A stretch of 64,000 bases of DNA from Caldisericota bacterium (lineage in GTDB: Bacteria; Caldisericota; JANLFM01): NCBI GenBank assembly GCA_024655865.1, contig JANLFM010000001.1, forward strand, positions 62,397 through 126,396. Direction: 5' to 3'. Below, piece by piece: positions 55,815 to 64,000 of the stretch. Under the pieces are notes generated by a model. That model saw nothing but the letters and a program-made list of their open reading frames with translations, was not told the origin of the DNA and did no database searches. A program made the translations under genes and the position numbers. How positions within the stretch are numbered: position 1 is the first letter of the stretch; every line of letters starts with the position of its first letter.

Positions 55815-56348
55815 TACTTTCGCCTCCGTTTGCATTTCTTTATCAACATTTGCTCAGCTGCTTTCGGTTTTCTTGATCGCTGGGTGGAAATCCTGTTAGT
55901 TTAAACAAAATGCGCCATGAATTTCTTCCTCTTCAGTTGTGGGGGTTCGCTTCCTCAGCCACGCCGATGGTCTTCTCCACTTCAGGTCATATAACAGGTG
56001 CCCGATCTTCCCCTTCAATTTCACTTTAGCACAGTTGTCAACAGGGACTTTATTACGACTCAGAGATCGGAAATTTGATTCCTTCCTGGACTTCTTTATT
56101 GGATTGAGCGCTCCAATTATCCCTTCAAACTTATCTCTTGCGTTTTTAAAAAAAGGAGGGCCATAGATAAAAATGAAGGCTCTAGACGCGTTTTGCCCCC
56201 TTTTCCGGAAAATAATACCAGTCTGAGAGGCAGGAAAATGATAAAATTCTTAAGCGCCAGGATGCGGGAGCCACTTGAGAATTTTTCGCCTGACCCTTCA
56301 TCACTTTCCCGGGAGACCCAGTAAAACAGGAACAAAAGGAGTGAAATT

Positions 56349-57080
56349 ATGGCCGAAACAAAGGCAAGGATAAAAAATGGCTTCCATAGGGGGCTTTTGG
56401 AGGAGTTGGAAAAGCGGGGCGGAGAGAAGCACAAATTCAACATGGGCATCCAGCGCTACATCGGGACGAACAAGCCCTGCTATTCCCTTAGTGCCTCATC
56501 CAGAAAAGAGATACTCCGCAAGTGGTTTTTAGATCACCAGAATTTGACCTTTGGGGAATATCGCGATCTCCTTCTCTCCCTTGCTCAGGGGGAATCCCAC
56601 GAGGAGGTTTCCCTGGTGGGTGCGCTTTTGGGAGCCTTCCCCAAGTTCCGCAGGTTGCTGGAACCGGAAATCCTGCACAATTTCCTGGAGGGCACGGAGG
56701 GCTGGGCAGAGGTAGACTCTATCGCTCAATCAAACTTTACTGCCCGGGAAATCCTGGGGGACTGGGAGAGGTGGAAGAAAGTAATCTTAGAGCTCTCGGA
56801 GAACTCTAATGTGCACAAGCGGCGAGCTTCGCTCGTCATTCTCACTTTGCCCGTTCGCGAGGTCAGGGATGAGCGCCTGGCTGATCTGGCTTTCCAGCTT
56901 ATCGAAAAACTAAAGGGGGAAAAAGACATCCTGATCACCAAGGCCGTCTCCTGGCTTTTGCGCGACATGATCAAGAACTTCCGGGAGGAAGTAGAGGGGT
57001 ATCTGGAGGAAAGGAGAAATACCCTTCCCGCTATTGCCCGCCGCGAGGTCAAGCGCAAGTTAGAAACGGGAAGGAAGTAG
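56349..57080 (+). CDS. DNA alkylation repair (AlkD-like HEAT-repeat) protein
   Basis: 243 aa with HKRRASLVIL and ITKAVSWLLRDM motifs; AAAGGAG SD 8 nt upstream. Confidence 0.75.
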   Translation: MAETKARIKNGFHRGLLEELEKRGGEKHKFNMGIQRYIGTNKPCYSLSASSRKEILRKWFLDHQNLTFGEYRDLLLSLAQGESHEEVSLVGALLGAFPKFRRLLEPEILHNFLEGTEGWAEVDSIAQSNFTAREILGDWERWKKVILELSENSNVHKRRASLVILTLPVREVRDERLADLAFQLIEKLKGEKDILITKAVSWLLRDMIKNFREEVEGYLEERRNTLPAIARREVKRKLETGRK

Positions 57081-57207
57081 AGCTACTCCTCGAGCTGGTT
57101 CTGGAAAACGAACCGGGAACATATCTAAAGAAAGTCGTTTATTGCCAAACAAAGTGAAAGATGAGGTATGAAAGTCCCTCTCCTCAAGGCTTTCAAATAC
57201 ATTGCTG

Positions 57208-57342
57208 CTATAAGGCACATTTTCCCGAAAGGCGATCTCGGCAATGAGGATTTTGGTCTATAGAGAGCAGCAAAAGCAGCCTGTCTATTTTATTGACAAA
57301 GGATAAAAATAATAAATAGAATAAAATTGCAGGCTGCACCAT
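57208..57342 (-). CDS. candidate 44-aa hydrophobic peptide (type I toxin-like), speculative
   Basis: AGGAGGT (57351-57357, minus) plus 8 nt, then ATG 57342, giving MVQPAILFYLLFLSFVNKIDRLLLLLSIDQNPHCRDRLSGKCAL; TAG at 57208-57210. Confidence 0.3.
   Translation of the reverse strand: MVQPAILFYLLFLSFVNKIDRLLLLLSIDQNPHCRDRLSGKCAL
57293..57322 (+). promoter_or_regulatory. orphan sigma70-type promoter, antisense to the mini-ORF
   Basis: TTGACA (57293-57298), 18-nt spacer, TAGAAT (57317-57322). No plus-strand CDS lies downstream. Confidence 0.45.
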
Positions 57343-57432
57343 CGCCAGGTACCTCCTTTTGGGAATGGCAAAATAAGTGGCCGTAGCTGCAGAAGCAGCA
57401 TGGTGACCGAAGATGGTGCAGCCATCAATTTT
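57329..57432 (+). ncRNA. candidate ~100-nt cis-antisense sRNA closed by a 12-bp stem, speculative
   Basis: GGCTGCACCATC (57332-57343) pairs perfectly with GATGGTGCAGCC (57412-57423), followed by ATCAATTTT. There is an internal GCTGC-AGAA-GCAGC hairpin. Confidence 0.3.
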
Positions 57433-57471
57433 CCCCGCTTACTACTTACGGACTTTAAAGCTCCTCGGGAT

Positions 57472-58983
57472 TTAAATTTTCCCGTAAATTCCGCTGTACT
57501 TTTCTCTCAGGTAGTTCAGGAAGGGCTGTGGGTTCATGGGTTCTCCCACCACGAGCTGGATAAGCTCCTCAGGATAGTACTTCCCGCCGTGAACGTGAAT
57601 GTGCGTGCGCATCCATTCCCGTAATGCGGAATACTCTCCTCTGGCAAACTGCTCGTAGAGGTCAGAAATATCCTCAAGAGCTTTCTTGAAAAACTGAACG
57701 GAGAGAATGTTACCAATAGTGTACGAAGGGAAGTATCCAAAAAGCCCATCCGACCAGTGAACGTCCTGAAGCACGCCCTCAGCATCGTTTTTGGGTTCGT
57801 AGCCGATGTACTCTTTCATCCTGGCGTTCCAGAGCTGCGGAAGATCCTGAACCTTGATCTTCCTCTCCATGAGCCCCACTTCCAGCTCGAAACGGAGTAG
57901 AGTGTGCAGGTTATATGTGACCTCGTCAGCTTCCACCCTGATCGGTGAGGGCTCCACATAGTTGATCGCCCTATAGAACTCCTCCAGGGTAACATCCTGG
58001 AGCTGCTCAGGAAAGAACTCCTTCAAGCGGGGAAACCAGTAAGTCCAGAAATGCAGGCTCCTTCCCACGATGTTCTCCCAGGTCCTGGACTGGGATTCGT
58101 GCACGCCATAGGAGGCTCCGGTCATTAAAATAGTGCGGTCAAATTTCTCGGGCATCCCGAGATCGTACAGGGCATGCCCTCCCTCGTGGAGAGCGCTGAA
58201 GATAGAGGAAGTAATAAGGGTGTCCTTGAACCTGTTCGTCACCCGGACATCGTTCACGGAAAAAGCGGTAGTGAAGGGGTGTGCCGTTTTATCCTGCCTT
58301 CCCCGCTGGAAATCATAGCCCATCTTCTCCAGGATTTTAAGTGTAAACTGGTACTGTTTTTCCGGATCATAGTTCCTTAAGAGGAAATCACGACGAATCT
58401 CCACTCCGCTTTCTCTGATAGCTTGAACTATAGGCACAAGGCCCTTGCGCAGTTCCTCGAAAATCGCCCTGATGCGCGAGGTTTTTAAACCGGGTTCGAA
58501 GTCATCCACCAGGGCATCGTAAATGGATTCCTCGTAACCAAGGGATTCGGCCTTCTCAATCATCAAATCTACTATCTGGGTAAGGTAGGGGGCGAAAATG
58601 GAAAAATTGGATTCCTTTCTCGCTTCCACCCATTTGTCCCTGGCCAGGGCAGTGGTCCGGGAAATACGCGCCACGAGGTCAGGGGAAAGTTTGGTGTCCT
58701 TCTCGTATTCCCTCTTCACCTTGCGGAACAAAGCAGCATCATCGGATTCGGGATCCTGATTCTGGAAATATGGTTCCAGTTCAGCAATAAGCTTCCCGAC
58801 CTCGGAAGAGGTGAACTTTTCGTGAGCGATTTTGCTCAATGTGGCGATTTGCTCAGCTCTGGCTTCTCCACCCCGAGGGGGCATATAGGTCTGCTGGTCC
58901 CATTCCAGCACAGCAATAGCGTGGACGATATCTATGACCTCTGCGACTTTTGTCTTGAGCTCTTTCAGTGCTTGAAGTTCCAT
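57472..58983 (-). CDS. carboxypeptidase Taq-type (M32) metallopeptidase
   Basis: About 503 aa with the HEGGHALY zinc motif, HESQSR and the DVHWSxGxFGYFPSY motif. ATG 58983 lies 6 nt after AAGGAG. Confidence 0.9.
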   Translation of the reverse strand: MELQALKELKTKVAEVIDIVHAIAVLEWDQQTYMPPRGGEARAEQIATLSKIAHEKFTSSEVGKLIAELEPYFQNQDPESDDAALFRKVKREYEKDTKLSPDLVARISRTTALARDKWVEARKESNFSIFAPYLTQIVDLMIEKAESLGYEESIYDALVDDFEPGLKTSRIRAIFEELRKGLVPIVQAIRESGVEIRRDFLLRNYDPEKQYQFTLKILEKMGYDFQRGRQDKTAHPFTTAFSVNDVRVTNRFKDTLITSSIFSALHEGGHALYDLGMPEKFDRTILMTGASYGVHESQSRTWENIVGRSLHFWTYWFPRLKEFFPEQLQDVTLEEFYRAINYVEPSPIRVEADEVTYNLHTLLRFELEVGLMERKIKVQDLPQLWNARMKEYIGYEPKNDAEGVLQDVHWSDGLFGYFPSYTIGNILSVQFFKKALEDISDLYEQFARGEYSALREWMRTHIHVHGGKYYPEELIQLVVGEPMNPQPFLNYLREKYSGIYGKI

Positions 58984-59067
58984 CAAATACTCCTTTCCTG
59001 AACCTGAATTACGAACAAAGCTCCCAATATTATAGATGGTGAGGGGGCAATTTGCCTATTCCACAAA

Positions 59068-59096
59068 GAGGAGCCCGGTCTCAAGCCGGGCTCCTC
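59068..59096 (-). terminator. intrinsic terminator after groEL
   Basis: GAGGAGCCCGG (59068-59078), 7-nt loop, CCGGGCTCCTC (59086-59096). TTTGTGG follows on the minus strand. Confidence 0.6.
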
Positions 59097-59144
59097 ATAT
59101 TAGGAGGGGGTATTTATAGGGTATGGGGAAGGGAAGGGGATATC

Positions 59145-60758
59145 TTAGTACTCAGGCGGAGGAGGGGGTGCTTGTTTCTCTTTCTCTGGCTTCTCCACCA
59201 CAGCGGCTTCAGTGGTGAGGAGCATGGAAGCGATGGAGGCAGCATTCTGGAGTGCAGAGCGGGTAACCTTCAGCGGATCAACGATCCCTGCCTTGAACAT
59301 ATCCTCGAATTTCAGGGTTACGGCGTTGAAACCCTGGTTCACGGGCAGCTCTTTGACCTTTTCCACGATCACCGCACCCTCCATGCCGGCGTTTTCAGCG
59401 ATCAGCTTGAGGGGCTCTTCCAGCGCCCGCTTAACGATGTTAGCACCGGTGAGCTCGTCTCCTTCAAGCTTTAATCCGTCGAGCTTCGACAGGGCATTAA
59501 TCAGGGCTGTGCCGCCTCCGGCGATGATCCCTTCCTCGACAGCAGCCTTAGTAGCGGAAACGGCATCCTCGATCCTGTGCTTGCGCTCCTTCATCTCGGT
59601 CTCAGTGGCGGCTCCAACCTTGATCACTGCTACACCGCCAGCAAGCTTAGCGAGCCGTTCCTGAAGTTTCTCACGATCGTATTCGGAATCGGTCTCTTCG
59701 ATCTGGCGGCGAATTTGAGCGATGCGAGCTTTAATTTCCTCCTCGTTGCCCTTGCCGCCGACAATCGTGGTATCATCCTTGTCCACCTTGACCTGACGGG
59801 CCTCGCCCAGCATGTCCAGGGTGACATTCTCAAATTTGATTCCTAATTCATCAGAGACCACCTGACCGCCCGTGAGGATGGCGATGTCCTGGAGCATGGC
59901 TTTCCGCCTATCGCCAAATCCGGGAGCTTTAACGGCGCAGCAACGGAAAGTGCCACGGACCTTATTCAGCACTAAGGTGGCTAAGGCTTCCCCTTCCACA
60001 TCATCAGCTATGATCAGGAAGGGACGACCCTTCTGGGCCAGCTTTTCTAAAACGGGGAGAAACTCCGTGACCGCGGAGATCTTCTTATCTGTAATGAAAA
60101 TGTAGGGTTCATCCAGGATGACTTCCATCCTCTCAGGATCGGTGACGAAGTAAGGGGAGATGTAACCGCGGTCAAATTGCATACCCTCGACGAACTCTAA
60201 GGTAATGTCCAGTCCCTGAGATTCCTCAACCGTGATCACACCGTCCTTGCCTACCTTCTCCATGGCATCGGCAATGACATTGCCAATTTTTTCATCCTTA
60301 GAGGAAATGGAGGCTACCTGAGCGATTGATTGCTTGTCCTCAACTGGTTTGGCGAGCTTCTTCAGCTCCTCCACCGCCCTGTCCACGGCTTTCTCGATGC
60401 CTCGCTTTAAAGCCAGGGGATTGGCACCGGCGGCTACGTTTTTCAAACCCTCGCGAATAATGCACTGGGCAAGCACGGTAGCGGTGGTCGTTCCATCTCC
60501 AGCGACGTCCTGGGTCTTAGTAGCTACTTCCTTTACCAGCTGAGCGCCAAGGTTCTCAAAGGGATCCTCGAGGTCAATTTCCTTGGCGATAGTCACGCCG
60601 TCATTTGTAATAGTGGGCGGACCAAATTTCTTCTCCAGTACAACATAACGGCCTCTCGGGCCAAGCGTGATTTTTACGGCATTGGCCAGAGCGTTCACAC
60701 CGCGCTCTAATGCCCGTCGACCTTCTTCATCGAAAATCAAAAGCTTTGGCTGTGCCAT
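59145..60758 (-). CDS. groL: chaperonin GroEL
   Basis: 537 aa with the [12 protein letters not shown] motif and full-length collinearity. The C-terminal tail is [16 protein letters not shown] rather than a GGM repeat. Confidence 0.97.
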   Translation of the reverse strand: MAQPKLLIFDEEGRRALERGVNALANAVKITLGPRGRYVVLEKKFGPPTITNDGVTIAKEIDLEDPFENLGAQLVKEVATKTQDVAGDGTTTATVLAQCIIREGLKNVAAGANPLALKRGIEKAVDRAVEELKKLAKPVEDKQSIAQVASISSKDEKIGNVIADAMEKVGKDGVITVEESQGLDITLEFVEGMQFDRGYISPYFVTDPERMEVILDEPYIFITDKKISAVTEFLPVLEKLAQKGRPFLIIADDVEGEALATLVLNKVRGTFRCCAVKAPGFGDRRKAMLQDIAILTGGQVVSDELGIKFENVTLDMLGEARQVKVDKDDTTIVGGKGNEEEIKARIAQIRRQIEETDSEYDREKLQERLAKLAGGVAVIKVGAATETEMKERKHRIEDAVSATKAAVEEGIIAGGGTALINALSKLDGLKLEGDELTGANIVKRALEEPLKLIAENAGMEGAVIVEKVKELPVNQGFNAVTLKFEDMFKAGIVDPLKVTRSALQNAASIASMLLTTEAAVVEKPEKEKQAPPPPPEY

Positions 60759-60770
60759 TTCAAACCCTCC

Positions 60771-61064
60771 TTAACCTTCAAGAATTGCGAGAATGTCGCG
60801 CTCGCTCAAAATTAAATACTCTTCGCCCTCAAGCTTGATTTCAGTTCCACCGTATTTGGCGAAGATGATGGTATCCCCTACCTTAACATCCACGGGGATC
60901 CTTTGGCCGGTTTCCTCGTTCACCCGGCCGGGACCAACGGCGATCACTTTCCCTTTCTGGGGCTTTTCTTTTGCCGTGTCGGGAATGACAATTCCCGCCT
61001 TGGTTCGCTCTTCGCTCTCCAAGACCTTAACAACTACTCGATCTCCTAATGGTTTTAAGTTCAT
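60771..61064 (-). CDS. groS: co-chaperonin GroES
   Basis: 97 aa starting [13 protein letters not shown], with [21 protein letters not shown]. Confidence 0.97.
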   Translation of the reverse strand: MNLKPLGDRVVVKVLESEERTKAGIVIPDTAKEKPQKGKVIAVGPGRVNEETGQRIPVDVKVGDTIIFAKYGGTEIKLEGEEYLILSERDILAILEG

Positions 61065-61108
61065 GCAGTATCCCTCCTTGAAAGTCTAACTTGAAGTCTA
61101 CAAATATT

Positions 61109-61135
61109 TTAGCACTCATGTCAAGAGAGTGCTAA
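61109..61135 (-). promoter_or_regulatory. CIRCE operator (HrcA binding site) of groESL
   Basis: TTAGCACTC-N9-GAGTGCTAA, a perfect match to the consensus inverted repeat, 45 nt upstream of the groES start. Confidence 0.95.
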
Positions 61136-61192
61136 AATATTTGGGAAAAATTCCTGGCAGATTTCCCCGATTATTGCTTTAGAAATGAAAGA

Positions 61193-62461
61193 TCAGGATG
61201 GATAGATCAGAGTCAGGGAAAACTCCTTCTCCAGAGCTTGAAGGTTCTCTCCCCTGAGGTCCAAACCATCCTCCTGGAAAATGGGGTTTACAATCACCCA
61301 GTCAAAGCTTCTTCCATTTCCCTTAAGGGCGCTCAGCAAAACTCTGAAATCCTGGACGGCGAGAAGGCCCAGGGTTCGGATTGATCCCCCAAAAGAAAGG
61401 CTGGGAACCGGGAGAACTGGAACCTGAGGAAGGTATTTCTGAAAGGCCAGGCTTACTACTTTAAAAGCGAGTTCGCTCGTCAGGCATACTCCCTTGCCCT
61501 TTTCCGGGATCGCTGAGGATAATCCCCTCAGAGATTCCACATCCAGGTCATTGGAGAAGACAAGCCCGCTCTTCTCCCCCATTTTTTTGAAAATTGTAAA
61601 CTCCAGAGATTGGCTCCCTCTTTGCACCTCGAGCTGGGGGTTCTCCGCCTGGTTGATTATTTTAAACGCTTCCTGCCTGGAATCGGGCTCCTTTCCGTTT
61701 ATTTTTAAAATTACATCCTCCGCCTTCAAGCCACACTTTTCCGCCGGGCTTCCCCTGATCACCCCTTCTACTTCCGTCTTAAGATCGGAAATCAAGGGAG
61801 GCTCGATTACCAGGGGAATCCCAACTCTTTTTCGTAAGAGTAGCATCCTCTCTTTCAGTTTGAGCCAATCCTCCATTGATCCCTGGAGATCCCTGGGTGC
61901 CCACTTAGAACCCCCGGGAAGAAGAAGCCTCACATAATATGCTCCCAGATCCTCAACGATTTTCAGGGATTCCGGGAGTTCCTCGAGGAAGGGGAGCGCA
62001 AGTATAAAAGAGGCCTGAAATTTGATCCCGGAGCGCACTAAGTAATAGAAGTGCTGGATAGTCTCTTCTGGATGGGGATCGCCTAAAAGCGAGGCCCTCT
62101 TTGAGGCCTTCAAAGAGTTAAAAGAGATAACGAGCTCAATGGGGTTCAGGGAGGAGAGTGCCTCCTGGATTTTAGGGGAAAGGAGAATTCCGTTCGTGGT
62201 AATCTGAATCAGGGTTTTTGGGAAAGCCCTCCTCAGCTCCTTTATGATCGCTAAAAACTGGGGATGAAAAAGAGGCTCACCCTCGTTGAGCCTGGTAGCC
62301 GATTCGCCAATGATGATCTTTTCTTGAGGGTTGAGACTATAAATTAAATCCTTAATCAGATCCGAAGGAAGAAAGGGGATGTTGAAAACCATTATCCCCG
62401 GAGGGTTGTAGCGATTGGAACAGAAGTAGCAGGAAAGGTTGCAGGCACTTCCCAGGGGCAA
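61193..62461 (-). CDS. radical SAM protein with internal PDZ domain and DUF512-like C-terminal domain; N-terminus unresolved
   Basis: CNLSCYFC lies 6 codons after the only canonical start (TTG 62461, no SD). PDZ-like GVIRGSPAEKCGLKAEDVILKING. The C-terminal FGGSIRTLGLLAVQD is DUF512-like. Confidence 0.7.
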   Translation of the reverse strand: MPLGSACNLSCYFCSNRYNPPGIMVFNIPFLPSDLIKDLIYSLNPQEKIIIGESATRLNEGEPLFHPQFLAIIKELRRAFPKTLIQITTNGILLSPKIQEALSSLNPIELVISFNSLKASKRASLLGDPHPEETIQHFYYLVRSGIKFQASFILALPFLEELPESLKIVEDLGAYYVRLLLPGGSKWAPRDLQGSMEDWLKLKERMLLLRKRVGIPLVIEPPLISDLKTEVEGVIRGSPAEKCGLKAEDVILKINGKEPDSRQEAFKIINQAENPQLEVQRGSQSLEFTIFKKMGEKSGLVFSNDLDVESLRGLSSAIPEKGKGVCLTSELAFKVVSLAFQKYLPQVPVLPVPSLSFGGSIRTLGLLAVQDFRVLLSALKGNGRSFDWVIVNPIFQEDGLDLRGENLQALEKEFSLTLIYPS

Positions 62462-62520
62462 GACGTTGTGGTGAGTTACTGCTTTTATGATATGAGGAAG
62501 GATATCCGCATAAAGCGAGC

Positions 62521-63558
62521 CTATCGCCAGACCTCCCGATATTTCCCCTTCTCTATCAGCACCTGGCCGTCCAGAATGAGAGTTGGGTCGGGGATAACGA
62601 AATCGGTGTGAAGGTCAGATTCCGTGTTTCCCCCAATGTGGGCGTTGTCCCCGATGGCTACGTGCACTGTTCCTTTTATTTTCTCAGCTTCCAGAACGAT
62701 ATCCGTTCTTCGGGCTTGAGGGTTGGTGCCGATCCCCAACTCCGCACAGTTCCTCCTGTGCTTTAATTTCGGGTCCTTTAAATCGAGCAAATCTCTCAGC
62801 CTCTCCCCTGCTAATCCTCCTCCCTGGCATTCCACCGCGTATCCTTCTTCAAATACAAGGACTAAGTCCTCCGTTAAACTGGAACCCCAACCCGCAGGGA
62901 CAACGAGCTTTCCTTGAGTGCTTCCTTCAATCGGAGCGATGTAGGCCTCCCCTCCGGGCAGGTTTCCCCATTCTCCGGGGTTCAGGTAAAGACCTGTATC
63001 GGCCTCCCCTGCCCTTCCTTCCAGGCTCAGGCTTAAATCGGTCCCTTTCTCCGTTAGAATTCTGGCACTTCTTGCCGCGGTCAAAAGGGATGCCAGCCTT
63101 TCGCTTTCCTCCTTTATTGCCGCGTAATCCGCAGCCAGGGGGCCTGAAGGAGAAAGCATCTCGGGGAGTAATCCGGGCATGCTGGCCAATCGTGCGCCCT
63201 TGTCAGTAGCAGCCTTACGGGCATTTGTGTGGGAAAGGGAGCGAGTGGTCATAGCCAGGATGACGTCATACTTTAAGAGCTCATAGGCGGCCTCAGGAGG
63301 GGGTTCCATCCCTGACTGTCTAACCATAGGATAAACGTAGTAAGAGACCTTCCTGGGAAATTTCTCCCTTAAAATCTCGAAGGCGAGACGGGCCATAAGG
63401 GAGCGCCGAACGATCTCGGCGACTTTATGGGATTCCAGATTCCATTCCTCCTTGCCCGGGATGTCGTTCAACACTAAAACTGTCTCCTCCGGCCTATATC
63501 CCATATTCACAGTAAGGAGGTTCAGGATCCCCGTTTCAATCTCCTCTCGATTGAGCAT
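62521..63558 (-). CDS. M29-like aminopeptidase (AmpS/aminopeptidase T family)
   Basis: 345 aa with GNLPGGEAYIAP, ELGIGTNP and GTVHVAIGDN..GGNTESDLHTDFVI motifs. Confidence 0.7.
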   Translation of the reverse strand: MLNREEIETGILNLLTVNMGYRPEETVLVLNDIPGKEEWNLESHKVAEIVRRSLMARLAFEILREKFPRKVSYYVYPMVRQSGMEPPPEAAYELLKYDVILAMTTRSLSHTNARKAATDKGARLASMPGLLPEMLSPSGPLAADYAAIKEESERLASLLTAARSARILTEKGTDLSLSLEGRAGEADTGLYLNPGEWGNLPGGEAYIAPIEGSTQGKLVVPAGWGSSLTEDLVLVFEEGYAVECQGGGLAGERLRDLLDLKDPKLKHRRNCAELGIGTNPQARRTDIVLEAEKIKGTVHVAIGDNAHIGGNTESDLHTDFVIPDPTLILDGQVLIEKGKYREVWR

Positions 63559-63570
63559 TTCTCCTCCTTT

Positions 63571-64000
63571 CTATTCATAAAGGCTTAAATTAGGGTCCAC
63601 ATCCTCTTTAAGAGAAAGCGTTAGTCCTTTTTTAAAAAGAGCGAAGCCCGCTCGGGCAATCATTAGCGCATTGTCCGTGCAAAGGCCAGGTGAGGGAATA
63701 TAAAGCTCCACGTTCAGTTTCAGGGCCAATTCCTTTAATTTTTCCCGCAAACGGGAGTTGGCAGCCACCCCACCGGAGACAATCACCCTCTTATAAGAAC
63801 CTTGCTTTATGGCGCGCTTGGTCTTTGAAATCAACGAATTTACGACCGCTTCCTGGAAAGAGGCACAGATGTTCTCAATGGGAACGCTTTCCCCTCTTCT
63901 TTTTAGTTCCTCAACAAAATAGATTACTGCCGTCTTCAGACCAGAAAAAGAAAAATCCAGGGGGTTATCCATCTCCGCAACGGGAAACCTGTGGTAGTTC
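63571..64000 (-). CDS. tsaD: tRNA N6-adenosine threonylcarbamoyltransferase TsaD (C-terminal part; 5' end beyond the window)
   Basis: LDFSFSGLKTAV, VSGGVAANSRLRE and CTDNALMIA motifs. The frame stays open to nt 64000. Confidence 0.9.
   Translation of the reverse strand, partial: NYHRFPVAEMDNPLDFSFSGLKTAVIYFVEELKRRGESVPIENICASFQEAVVNSLISKTKRAIKQGSYKRVIVSGGVAANSRLREKLKELALKLNVELYIPSPGLCTDNALMIARAGFALFKKGLTLSLKEDVDPNLSLYE

Noticed and set aside
56117-56449. 110-aa minus-strand ORF
   Set aside because: It overlaps the well-supported SD and ATG of the alkD-like gene by ~100 nt and shows no motif or SD. It is treated as part of the unassigned region in the findings instead.
57081-57262. Start-less ~60-codon minus-strand frame (TKILIAEIAFRENVPYSSNVFESLEERDFHTSSFTLFGNKRLSLDMFPVRFPEPARG)
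   Set aside because: It has no start codon or SD, overlaps the alkD-like 3' end, and matches no family I recognise. It may be another gene remnant, but that cannot be supported from sequence alone.
1-64000. CRISPR arrays, IS elements, integrases, prophage or defence islands
   Set aside because: I scanned the intergenic regions and ORF translations. I saw no spaced direct repeats, no transposase/integrase/recombinase motifs, and no terminal inverted repeats flanking the tRNAs. The whole window reads as core chromosome.

Overview
This is a gene-dense bacterial chromosomal window, roughly 50% GC by eye, made up almost entirely of housekeeping genes. Local gene order resembles Bacillota-type synteny blocks. 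These are three tandem CorC/CNNM genes-cdd-(tpiA-deoC)-recO-glyQ-glyS-ppdK-dgt-dnaG-rpoD; alaS-ruvX-DUF1292-(O-antigen-ligase-like insert)-mltG-udk-DUF4911-yqeG; SRP RNA-dnaX-ybaB-recR; and groES-groEL behind a perfect CIRCE operator. An anaerobe-style oxidative-stress/Fe-S block is present (rubrerythrin, ferritin, desulfoferrodoxin, SufC/SufBD, DGC-domain protein, AhpD-like protein). RNA genes are tRNA-Asn(GTT), tRNA-Met(CAT) and a compact SRP RNA. I saw no rRNA, CRISPR array, transposase, integrase or phage genes. Three decayed gene remnants occur: a zinc-ribbon/WG-repeat protein, an M20 peptidase and an AhpC/TSA peroxiredoxin. Each has frameshifts at homopolymer runs, and the M20 and peroxiredoxin remnants also lack their N-terminal coding regions. 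I did not find a convincing large multi-gene novel system. The most unusual signals are small-scale: (1) a 390-bp convergent spacer holding an SD-led hydrophobic mini-ORF, an internal antisense promoter and a 12-bp stem burying the start codon (type I toxin-antitoxin-like); (2) four head-to-tail DnaA boxes in front of a leaderless-looking thiol-disulfide/cytochrome c maturation operon; (3) two genes (yqeG-like, radical SAM-PDZ) with no canonical start codon upstream of essential motifs; (4) several SD-less, near-leaderless starts. Product calls rest on motif recognition in the supplied translations, and no database search was run.
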